From Patescibacteria group bacterium (GTDB lineage Bacteria > Patescibacteriota > Minisyncoccia > Minisyncoccales > Staskawiczbacteraceae): a stretch of 64,000 nucleotides of DNA. Under the pieces are notes generated by a model. That model saw only the letters and a program-made list of their open reading frames with translations. It did not search any database and had not been told where the DNA came from. The translations under genes and the position numbers were made by a program. Of this stretch, positions 45,602-55,900 are shown one piece after another; position 1 is the stretch's first letter; the number at the start of each line of letters is the position of its first letter. The DNA lies in assembly GCA_038065715.1 (NCBI GenBank), contig JBBTQL010000007.1, positions 49,643 through 113,642 on the forward strand, written 5' to 3'.

Positions 45602-46735
45602 TTATTGAGTGATTTTTTCTGAAGAAAGGAGAGTGTTACCTGTCAATATATACAATTTTCCGTCAGATTGTTTAAAAAATATTTTAGGATTTTTGATTTC
45701 TAAGGAATTGCCGCTTGTTAAAGTTGCGGTTTGCGGCAGGGTAAACGTATTTATATTGCCCCTTTCGTCAATTTCTGAAATTACTATTTTATTTCCAAGG
45801 TTAAAAATTAAATAATTGTCGTTTAGCCAAAAGCTGTCGCCAATTTTTTCTGAAAATCTGTTTAAAAATATTTGGTCGGTTGGAGAATTGAGGTAAGAAA
45901 ATAGAATTTCATAATCGTTATAAAAAAGCAGTTTTTGCCCGTCCGGAGAAATTTTTAAATTATTTACCGGGCTATAAAAATTTTTAAAATCGTTTGTCGT
46001 TTTTGAAAAAAACAAAAGGCTATTATCATTTTTGAGAAAGATATTTTGCTGGACTGTTATTATTTTGTAAGTATTTTTTATATTTATACTTAGGGCAGTT
46101 TGGCTTAATTTTTGCGTATTGCCCCCGCTTTGGTCAGAGCTGTATAAAAAACCGTTGGCAGAAAGCCAAACTATATTGTTGTTTAATACTGTGCTTGCTA
46201 AAACATTTTTTAAAACGGGAATAGTTTTATCGGCTTTCGTTATATTATTATTTTCTGGCGCGTTAGAATAATACAAGTTGCCATTTTTAATAATATATTT
46301 TTCTTGTTCTTTTGGTTCAATAAAAGGGGATTGGGTTTTGTCTGTTAAAATTTCAAAAAGAATTTGTTCTTTAAATAAAACAACGTGTTCTAATTTTGCC
46401 ACTTCTTTCTCTTTTACATCCAAGGTTTTTTGGTATGAAAAATAGCCGTTTTTTTTTACCAAGACATTATGCGACTTTGGCAGAAGGTTTTGCATAAACA
46501 CAAACCCAGAAAGCATGTTTGTTTTTCCGGCAAGCTTTGAATTTATATAAATCTCGGCTGGCTCTGGCCAGACTTTAACATAAATGCCGCCTGTTGCCAC
46601 TAATTTTTTGTTTTCAAAATCAACCCTGTATCCAAGGGAATAGGCAACTATGTAGGGCGTTATGATAAAAAACAAAACAGCGCAGGTGATTAGTATTACA
46701 AAACGAGTTCTTTTCTGCATATATGTTTTAAGCAT
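45602..46735 (-). CDS. Membrane-anchored PEGA-domain protein with beta-rich C-terminal region
   Basis: N-terminal TM. VKVWPEPAEIYINSKLAGKT...HNVLVKKNGYFSYQKTLDV (PEGA-like). Confidence 0.55.
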   Translation of the reverse strand: MLKTYMQKRTRFVILITCAVLFFIITPYIVAYSLGYRVDFENKKLVATGGIYVKVWPEPAEIYINSKLAGKTNMLSGFVFMQNLLPKSHNVLVKKNGYFSYQKTLDVKEKEVAKLEHVVLFKEQILFEILTDKTQSPFIEPKEQEKYIIKNGNLYYSNAPENNNITKADKTIPVLKNVLASTVLNNNIVWLSANGFLYSSDQSGGNTQKLSQTALSINIKNTYKIITVQQNIFLKNDNSLLFFSKTTNDFKNFYSPVNNLKISPDGQKLLFYNDYEILFSYLNSPTDQIFLNRFSEKIGDSFWLNDNYLIFNLGNKIVISEIDERGNINTFTLPQTATLTSGNSLEIKNPKIFFKQSDGKLYILTGNTLLSSEKITQ

Positions 46736-46837
46736 ATATTAGCACAAAATCTTGCAATTTACCATTTATAAATCTTGATATGAATTAGTTTAAAGTGTAA
46801 AATAAATTAATATTATTAAATTCATTATTTATTAATT

Positions 46838-47221
46838 ATGTTTACAAAAATTGATAAAAAGATTTTGTTGATTTCAGCAGTTTTATTAATAATTTTTTTA
46901 ATAGTTGGATTCTTTATTTATAAAAATTTAATTGAAAGTTCAGCAACAAATGATGAAAAGGGAGATGTAATAGAAACGCAAGACCAGCAAAAAATAGAAG
47001 AAGCTCCGCAAAATTCAAACCTGCAAAATAATTCTCCAGAAATTACAATACCAGAAGGCGGCATAAAAACAGATAATGGAAACACGGGCGCGGGGTTGAG
47101 CATTTGTTCAGATAGGTGCGGAGATGGTGTTTGCCAAAAGTCCGACTCTGAGTGCAAGGTTGATAGTTTAAATTGTGTTTGCCAAGAAACTAAAGAAGAA
47201 TGCCCAAATGATTGCAAATAA
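46838..47221 (+). CDS. Small secreted/anchored Cys-rich protein
   Basis: N-terminal TM. C-terminal CSDRCGDGVCQKSDSECKVDSLNCVCQETKEECPNDCK. Terminator at 47231-47253. Confidence 0.5.
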   Translation: MFTKIDKKILLISAVLLIIFLIVGFFIYKNLIESSATNDEKGDVIETQDQQKIEEAPQNSNLQNNSPEITIPEGGIKTDNGNTGAGLSICSDRCGDGVCQKSDSECKVDSLNCVCQETKEECPNDCK

Positions 47222-47271
47222 CAAGCGCATAAAAGCCCAATTCGGGCTTTTTGTTTAAAGTTCGATAAGTA

Positions 47272-47300
47272 TTGACAAAATTATATTATGGTGATATAAT
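47272..47300 (+). promoter_or_regulatory. Consensus promoter giving a probably leaderless mRNA
   Basis: TTGACA(47272-77)-17 nt-TATAAT(47295-300). ATG at 47308. Confidence 0.5.
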
Positions 47301-47307
47301 TAATTAT

Positions 47308-48063
47308 ATGAAAGGAGGTGAACAAATTTCTATAAATAACAGCTCAAAAGTGGGAGTTTTAATGCTCCACGGTTTTTCAAGCACTCCAAGGCAGTTTAAA
47401 GAATTGAGCGCCTTTTTATCTGAAAAAGGTTTTAATATATTGGCTCCGGTTATATCGGGACACGGAACTTCGCCAGAAGATATGATGAAAACTTCGCCAG
47501 AAGACTGGAAAAAATCAACAATGGATGCTTATTTAAAATTGAAAAATAGCTCTGAAAGCATCTTTGTTATTGGAAATTCTTTTGGCTCTAATCTGGCTTT
47601 ATGGCTGGCAAAAGAATTAAATGGCAATTTAGCTGGGGTTATTACTTTAGGCGCTCCTATTTTTTTAAGATTTCATAATTTTATTAAATTCAGGCTTTTT
47701 ACATACGGCAGATTTAAAAAATATTACAAAAAACCTTTGCGCGTTTATAAAGCCGATTACACAGACATGTTAGACGAAGTTTCGTATCCTGTTATTCCTG
47801 TTAAAAACTTAAACGAGTTTATTAATTTTTTAGAGCAGGAAACAACGCCGAATTTGCATAAAATAAAAACACCAATTTTAATAGCTTACGCCACGGTTGA
47901 TCCTGTTATACATCCAAAAAGCGCAAAATATATTTTTCAAAATATAGGCTCTGAAAAAAAAGAAATTTTTTGGTTTGACAGCAACAGGCACAGCATTTTG
48001 GGAAAAGGATGCGAAAATTTATTTTGTAAAATTTTTGAATTTATAAAAGAACAAAATGTATAA
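47308..48063 (+). CDS. Alpha/beta-hydrolase carboxylesterase
   Basis: LMLHGFSSTP, nucleophile elbow GNSFGS, C-terminal D/H region. Confidence 0.8.
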   Translation: MKGGEQISINNSSKVGVLMLHGFSSTPRQFKELSAFLSEKGFNILAPVISGHGTSPEDMMKTSPEDWKKSTMDAYLKLKNSSESIFVIGNSFGSNLALWLAKELNGNLAGVITLGAPIFLRFHNFIKFRLFTYGRFKKYYKKPLRVYKADYTDMLDEVSYPVIPVKNLNEFINFLEQETTPNLHKIKTPILIAYATVDPVIHPKSAKYIFQNIGSEKKEIFWFDSNRHSILGKGCENLFCKIFEFIKEQNV

Positions 48064-49819
48064 GGCAATTCCAGAAGTTTTTTTTGAAGTTGCGAAAAAA
48101 CATCCCAATAAACGCGCCCTTTTATACAAAAAGGAAGGAGTTTATTTTCCTATTACTTACAAAGAATTATCTAAAAAAATATCAATATTTAGCAAGGGGC
48201 TTTCAGATATTGGGGTTGGCAAGGGAGACAAGGTGGCAATTTTATCAGAGAACAGGCCAGAGTGGGTTATTTCAGATTTATCAATTATGGCCATTGGAGC
48301 TGTTGCTGTGCCTCTGCACACAACATTTAATCCAAAAGCTGTTTGCAGTGTTTTAAGGCATTGCCAAGCAAAAGTTCTTATTGTTTCAAATAGCGATCTT
48401 TTAAATAAAGCGTTATTGGGTCAAAAATATTTAAAAGACCTTAAAAAAATTATTTTCATAGAAAATTTAACTTCGGCCCAAAAAGAGATATTAAGCAACA
48501 AGGTTTTAAGCTGGAAAGCAATGATGGCTCAAAATCAAAAACTTTCCGCCCAAGGCGGACCAGCCTCGGGCTGGGAAAAAATATTTTTAGACCCAGACGA
48601 TTGCTGCTCAATTATTTACACTTCGGGCACCACAGGCAAGCCAAAAGGCGTGGTTTTAACCCATAGAAATTTTTTAAGCAATGTAGAGGCGGTTGCCGAA
48701 GTTGTTCCTGTAAATAGCAGCGATATTTTTTTGTCTTTTTTGCCTTTGTCGCATGTTTTAGAAAGAATGGCAGGTTACTATATGCCTTTGTGCCACGGGG
48801 CAACTATTGCATACGCAGAAGGCATAAAACAGCTTTCAGCCAATTTAAAAGAGGTGAAGCCTACAGTAATGATTTCTGTTCCGCGCGTCTTTGAAAAGTT
48901 CCACGATGCTATTTGGGACAAAGTTAATAGCTCGTCTAAGCTTCAAAAAAGAATTTTTAAATGGGCGCTAAAACAGAAAAAGGGGACGGTGGCATATAAA
49001 GTTGCAGATTTTTTAGCTTTCAAAAAAATACGCAATAAAATGGGAGGCAGGTTGCGCTTAACAATTTCCGGGGGAGCATCTTTAAATGAAAATATTGGCA
49101 GATTTTTTTCAAAAATTGGAATTTTAATATTAGAAGGTTATGGGTTAACAGAAACTTCGCCGGTTATTTCTGCAAATCAGGAATATGATTTTAAATTTGG
49201 AACTGTTGGTAAAATTATTCCCGGAGTAAAAGTTAAAATTACTGATACAAAAGAAATTTTAACAAAAGGCCCAAATGTTTTTCAGCAATATTTCAAAAAT
49301 AAAGAAGAAACAAAACTAAGTTTTGACAGAGAGGGCTGGTTTCATACGGGAGACTTGGGATTTATTGACAAGCAGGGTTTTTTAACAGTTATTGGCAGGG
49401 CAAAAGAAATGATTGTCACTTCTGGCGGCAAAAATGTGTGGCCAGAGCGCGTTGAAAATTTATTAAATAACGACCGTTTTATTTCTCAGGCAATAATAAT
49501 TGGAAACAATAGAAAATTTATTTCAGCTTTAATTGTTCCTGATTGGCAGGAAATTGAAATATATCTAAAAGAAAATAATCTGCCTTTGCAGGAGCACGAC
49601 AAGCTTATAAAAAGCCCTGTTCTTTTAGATGTTTTTCAAAAAAGAATAGACGAAAAAATAAATCCGAATATTCACGAATTTGAAAGAGTCAAAAAATTTA
49701 AATTGCTTCCGCAGGAATTTTCTCAAGACCAAGACGAGCTAACAGCCACTTTAAAACTGAGAAGGCGCATAATTGAAAATCACCATAAAAAGCAAATAGA
49801 CTCAATGTACGAAGACTAA
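48056..49819 (+). CDS. Long-chain fatty-acid--CoA ligase (AMP-forming)
   Basis: AMP-binding motif YTSGTTGKPKGV, GYGLTETS, TGDLG. In-frame double GC hairpin at 48545-48574. Confidence 0.9.
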   Translation: MYKAIPEVFFEVAKKHPNKRALLYKKEGVYFPITYKELSKKISIFSKGLSDIGVGKGDKVAILSENRPEWVISDLSIMAIGAVAVPLHTTFNPKAVCSVLRHCQAKVLIVSNSDLLNKALLGQKYLKDLKKIIFIENLTSAQKEILSNKVLSWKAMMAQNQKLSAQGGPASGWEKIFLDPDDCCSIIYTSGTTGKPKGVVLTHRNFLSNVEAVAEVVPVNSSDIFLSFLPLSHVLERMAGYYMPLCHGATIAYAEGIKQLSANLKEVKPTVMISVPRVFEKFHDAIWDKVNSSSKLQKRIFKWALKQKKGTVAYKVADFLAFKKIRNKMGGRLRLTISGGASLNENIGRFFSKIGILILEGYGLTETSPVISANQEYDFKFGTVGKIIPGVKVKITDTKEILTKGPNVFQQYFKNKEETKLSFDREGWFHTGDLGFIDKQGFLTVIGRAKEMIVTSGGKNVWPERVENLLNNDRFISQAIIIGNNRKFISALIVPDWQEIEIYLKENNLPLQEHDKLIKSPVLLDVFQKRIDEKINPNIHEFERVKKFKLLPQEFSQDQDELTATLKLRRRIIENHHKKQIDSMYED

Positions 49820-49910
49820 TATCGGCAACGGATGTCAACGGCTTGACTATGTTATATATAAATGGTAAGATGTAGTATCAAATCATTTTAACTGAGAAAT
49901 ATTCTTTTTT

Positions 49911-52900
49911 ATGAAAAATAAAAAAAATCAATTTTTCAAGGCTAAACTTTTTAGCCGATTCCTAACAAAATCAGCGAATAATTTTTTATTTAAGCCAACT
50001 ATAATAATGTTGGTTTTTTTGTTTGTTTTTCAGCCAATGGCGTCCGTGTTTGCGCAGGAAGCGCAGGAGGTAAACGTTATTGTTCCTGAAAGCCCTGTAA
50101 TAGGCGAGATAGGACAAATTCCCGCAATAAGCAATGTTGAGCCAACCCAGACTATTAGCCCTATAACAGAATTAAGTCCTAGTGAAATTCCTCTTGTTCT
50201 ATCGCCAGAGCCTCAAGCCCCAACTATAGAGAGCGTTCCTATCGATTCGCCATTAGAGCAAAATACAGAACAAAATGTTGCAGAAAAAGAGCCTGTAGCT
50301 GCTCAAGCATTAAATCAGAACGAAGAAAACAAACAGCCAAGTTCCAGTTTGCAATTAACTCAAAAATTGCCTGAAATAGATAAAAACACAGGCGCTTTAA
50401 CATATAATTATTCTATTGCTGTTCCGCCCGGCAGAAACGGTTTTCAGCCAGAAATTGGGTTGTCATATAACAGCAATTCAAATGAACAAAACAGCATTGC
50501 AGGATATGGCTGGACTATAAATATTCCATATATCAAGCGGTTAAATAAAGCGGGTTCTGACAAACTTTATACTTCAGGAGCCGCCAGTTATTTTTATTCT
50601 TCGCTTGACGGCGAGCTGACATCAGCTGGCGGAGTTTTATATGTTCCCAAAATAGAAAACGGCAATTTTAATAAATACACTTTTGAAAATAATCAATGGA
50701 TTGTTGTTTTTAAAAACGGCACACAATATAAATTTGGGTATAATGATAATTCAAAGCAAAACGACCCAGCCAATCCAGACAACGTTTATAAATGGATGCT
50801 GCAAGAAATAAGGGACACAAACGATAATTTTATTTCTTATGAGTATTTTAAAGACAGGGGGCAGATTTATCCTTTGTCAATAAAATATACTGGCAACGGC
50901 TCAACAGACGGCATTTTTGAGGCTGATTTTCAGAGAATTGACAGGACAGACAATTTTGCCAATTATTCAACTGGTTTTAGCGTAAAGTCTAATTATTTAA
51001 TAGGTGAAATTACAGCAAACATAAATAATGACTGGACAAATAAATATGTTTTGAATTACGAAAAAAGCCAAGACGCAAACAAATCTTTATTAAAATCAAT
51101 AACAACATCAGGCAAAAATAGTAGCGGAAATATTGTTTCTTTAGCGCCATCAAACTTTAGTTATCAAAATTCAACTGCTGGTTTCACGCCCTCAAACACT
51201 TCGTGGAATATTCCATCGCCCCCAGAAGGCGATTGGAATTTACTCACAAGATCTCCTCAATTTGCCGACCTTAACGGAGACGGTCTGCAAGACTTAGTAA
51301 TAGTTGCCCATATTCCAATTGTAATAGGAACTTATCACGGCTCTCGCCTACAAGATTATCAATATTTAAATACAGGCTCAGGCTGGCTGCAAACAACAGC
51401 ATGGAACTTTCCAGGTGTGCCAGACGGCGAATCTTTATGGCAATGGCCAACTATTCCGCCGATGTTCACCGACCTTAACGGAGATGGCTTAACAGACCTT
51501 GTTTTGGTTGCCAGCCACTATAATTATGGAAATATTTATAAAGACTATCAATATCTCAACACCGGAAACGGCTGGGCGCCAAATTTCACATGGCAGCTTC
51601 CAACTCTGCCAGAAGGAGAATGGAATTTTATTTCAATGCCTCCGCAATTTGTGGATCTCAACGGAGATGGCCTGCCAGACATTTCAGCTTTAACAAGAGT
51701 TACTTTTTATGAGGATAACCGTTCTTGGAGGGAAGACAGAAATTATCAATACCTCAACACCGGAAGCGGCTGGGCGCTGGTCTCCGCCTGGAAACTTCCA
51801 ACCCTGCCAGATGGCGAATCTATGTGGCAGTGGCCTACCATACCTCCGCAGTTTACAGACCTCAACGGAGACGGTTTAACAGACCTTGTTTTAGTTGCCA
51901 GCCACTATAATTACGGACATATTTATAAAGACTATGAATATCTCAACACAGGCTCTGGTTGGACGCCAAACTCCACATGGCAACTGCCAGAGGTGGGCTG
52001 GGATTTTATTTTAATGCCCCCGCGGTTTGTGGATCTTAATTCTGACAACCTGCCAGACATTGCAATAATAGTTCGCAGGTGTGTGGAAATTGATAACAGA
52101 ACTTCTTGCGAGTATAAAGACTATCAATATCTTAATAATGGTTCTGGCTGGACACAGATTCAAACGTGGAAATTTCCAGATGTGCCAGTCGGCGAAGATA
52201 CATGGCAATATCCAGGCAGGCCACCGATATTTACAGACCTTAATGGAGACGGTTTACCCGACCTTGTTTTAATTGCCAGGCACTATAATTATGGAAATTA
52301 CCCAAAAGACTATGAATATCTTAACGGCGGGTTAAAACAGGATTTGTTAAGCCAGATAAATTATCCGCAGGGCGGCAATACAAAAGTTGATTATAAGCCC
52401 TCAACTCAATATATAGACGACTCTGGGGTTTTGTTAAATAAATCACCATATCCTATATTTACTGTTTTACAAATTATAAACAGCGATGGCCAAGGCAGTG
52501 AAATAAAATTATCATATAGGTACGCGGGCTCGCATTATTACTACAACAACCCTTTTGACAGGGAATTTGCAGGATACGATTTGGTTGAGCAAACAGATTC
52601 TATGGGAAACACAGCCAAAACTTATTTTCATACAGCTAACGACAGCAATTCATCTGCCGGAGAATTTGAAGACAATTATTTTAAAATTGGCAAGCCGTAT
52701 AGAATAGAGCAGTATGACAACAATAATAAACTTTATCAAACAACAATAAATAAATGGGGAAGCGCTAATTTAGGAAGCAATGCCGGTTTTGTAAAACTGC
52801 TTCAAACAATAGAACAAAATTTTGACCCTGACTTAACTCATAAAGACAAGGCAGAAAGCTATGAATATGACAACAATAATGGGAATCAAACTCAAAAAAT

Positions 52901-55900
52901 AGAATGGGGCGAAGTTTTGGCAAATGATGACGGTAGTTTTTTAGATATTGGAAATGACAAGCGTATTGCTAATATTAGTTATGCTGTTGGCGGAATTTCC
53001 AATTTCCAATTTTCAATTTCCAATCAATTTATCAATGACCAAAACGGAACTAAAATTAAAGAAGCCAAATATTACTACGACGGCCTGCCGCTTGGCCAGT
53101 TAACCTTGGGAAATCAAACTAAACAGGAAAATTGGATAAAAAACACAGATTACGCCAGCTCTGAAAATTCATATAATAATTTTGGCCTGCTCACACAAAC
53201 AAAAGATGCAAATAACAATGCCACAAATTTTTCATACGAAGCAAATAATATTTATCCAGCCTCTGTTATAAATGCCAAAAATCAAACAACGCAATATGTT
53301 TATAATTACGCTATTGGTAAACCAGCTCAAATAACCAATGCCAACGGAAATATATTTAAAAACACTTATGACGGTTTTGGCAGAATTTTAAAAACAGAAC
53401 AGCCAGACCAAAATAACCCTTCAACATTAGTTGTAAAAACATCTTATGTTTACAACGACAGTCCCTTGGCTGTGAGCGTTCAGCAAACAGATTATTTAGA
53501 CGGCTCAAACTCTGTAAACAACTATAATTATTATGACGGTCTTTCAAGAACTATACAGACAAAAAAATCTGCTGAAAATAGCAACTTTGAAACAAAAGAT
53601 TATATTTATGATAATAGGGGAAATTTACAAAAAGAATCTTTGCCTTATTTCTCTCAAGGTTCGGCAAAAACAAGCTCAACTTCAGAAGCTAATCTTTTTG
53701 CAAACTATGTTTATGACGCTTTAAATAGAAAAACAAGTGTTATAAATGTAGTTGGAGCAACAAGCTATAACTATAAAAATTGGCAGGCAATAATTACAGA
53801 TGTTAATGGAAACAAAAAAGACTATATTTATGACGCTTACGGCAATTTAACGCAGGTTTTAGAGCATAATGGGCAAGACACTTATATAACTGCTTATACT
53901 TATGACGGAGCAGGGAATTTAATTTTAATTACAGATGCTTTGGGAAATGTCCGCAATTTTGTTTATGACGGTTTAGGCAGAAGATTATCTGCCCAAGATT
54001 TGCATAATCCTGCAGATTCGGTTTTTGGAACTTTTACTTATTCTTATGATAATGCAGGAAATCTAATTAGTTTAACCGACCCTAAAAACCAGACAATAAA
54101 TTATGCTTACGACGCTTTAAACAGAAAAATAACTGAAAATTATACAGGAAAAACTGGCATAGAAGTTATATTAAACTATGATTATTGTTTAAACGGCAAA
54201 GGTTTATTGTGCGACAGCGTTTCAACAAGTCAAACAGAGCAATATGAATATTCAGCCTTGGGAAATGTAATAAAGCAAACAAAAATTATTGGAGATAATA
54301 TTTTAACAACCCAATTTAATTATGACAGGCAAGGAAGTCAAATTTTTATTGCAAACCCAGACAGCTCGCAAGTTAAATATGATTTTAATTCAGCCGGCTT
54401 AATTGAAAAAGTGTGGCGAAAAGAATCTGGCGACGCAGCATTTACTGTTGTAGCCAGCAACCTTGATTATTCGCCAACAGAACAAATTGCCAGTATTTCT
54501 TTAGCAAACGGAGCTCAAACAACAAACACTTATGACGCAAACCAGCTTTACCGCTTAACCCGTAAATTATCTTATGCAAACAACGTTAATTTGCAGGATA
54601 TTTTTTACCAGTATGACAGCGTGGGCAATATAAAACAAACAACTGACAATTCAAATACAGCCGCCAAAAAAATAGTTTATTATAATTATGATAATTTATA
54701 CAGATTAATTTCGGCTGTGGCCAGCAATACGTCAGACAATCAAGATTATACTCAAAATTTTACTTATGACGCTTTAGGCAATATATTATCTCAAAAATTA
54801 AACGAAAAAACTCTTTCTTATAACTACGAAGGCAATTTAGATTTATCTTACGCAAACCCAGATGCGGCAACAAAAATTGTTGAAAGCGGAATTAAGCCAG
54901 TATTAATTATTTCAAATTTTGTTTCTTCGCCAGCAACAATTAAACCGGGGGAGCAAGCAGTTTTGTCGTGGGCTGTTTCAAACGGAACTCCAACAAGTTT
55001 AACCATAGATAACGGAATCGGCTCGGTTTTGGGCTTGAATTTTAAAATAGTAAATCCAACCGCAACAACAACTTACACAATAACAGCTGAAAACAGCAAC
55101 GGAACAACCACAAAATCAATTACTATAACAGTTGCCCAACAACAGGCCGCAATTTTCACAAAAACTTTGGGCAATATAATTGACTCAGCAATTCCTGCTG
55201 CCCCAGTTATTTCAACCTTTAAAGCCTCGCTAACCACTATAACTCAGGGAGGCTCAAGCTCTTTATCATGGACTTTGTCTGGCGGAGCTCCAGCAAGTTT
55301 AATAATAGATAACGGAGTAGGCAATGTTTTAGGAAAAACAAAAATTACTGTAAAGCCATTATTCACCACAACATACACAATAACCGCAACAAACAGCGCA
55401 GGCGAGGCAACTAAATCTGTAACAATAACTGTGAAGCCTCATTCTTTGGCTCCGGTAATTTCAAGTTTTACCGCAAACCCGACCTCTATTGAAAAAGGAA
55501 AATATGCAACCTTGTCGTGGAAGATTACAGGCTCAATTAAACCCACAAGTTTAACCATAAACAATGGCGTGGGTTCGGTTTTAAATACCACTTCAAAAAG
55601 AATTACACCTAATGCAACAGCCAGCTATACGCTTACCGCAACAAACAGATATGGCGCGGCGTTTAAAACCGTAAAAATAACTGTAAATGATGTACCGCCG
55701 CCTCCGCCTCCTCCTCCTCCGCCTCCACCGCCAGCAGAAGAAGCCCCAGTTATTAATTCTTTCACAGCTGACAATACAACAATTATTCAAGGACAATCTG
55801 CAATATTATCATGGACTTTGTCTGGCGGAACTGCTACAACCCTAAGTATAAACAACGGAGTTGGCAGTGTTTTAGGAAAAACAAGCGTTATTGTAAATCC

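Noticed and set aside
55695-55733. Poly-proline tract as a frameshift-prone pseudogene break or assembly artefact
   Set aside because: The reading frame is continuous on both sides. The codons are mixed (ccg/cct/cca) rather than a homopolymer, and the tract sits at a domain boundary between Ig-like repeats, consistent with a rigid linker.
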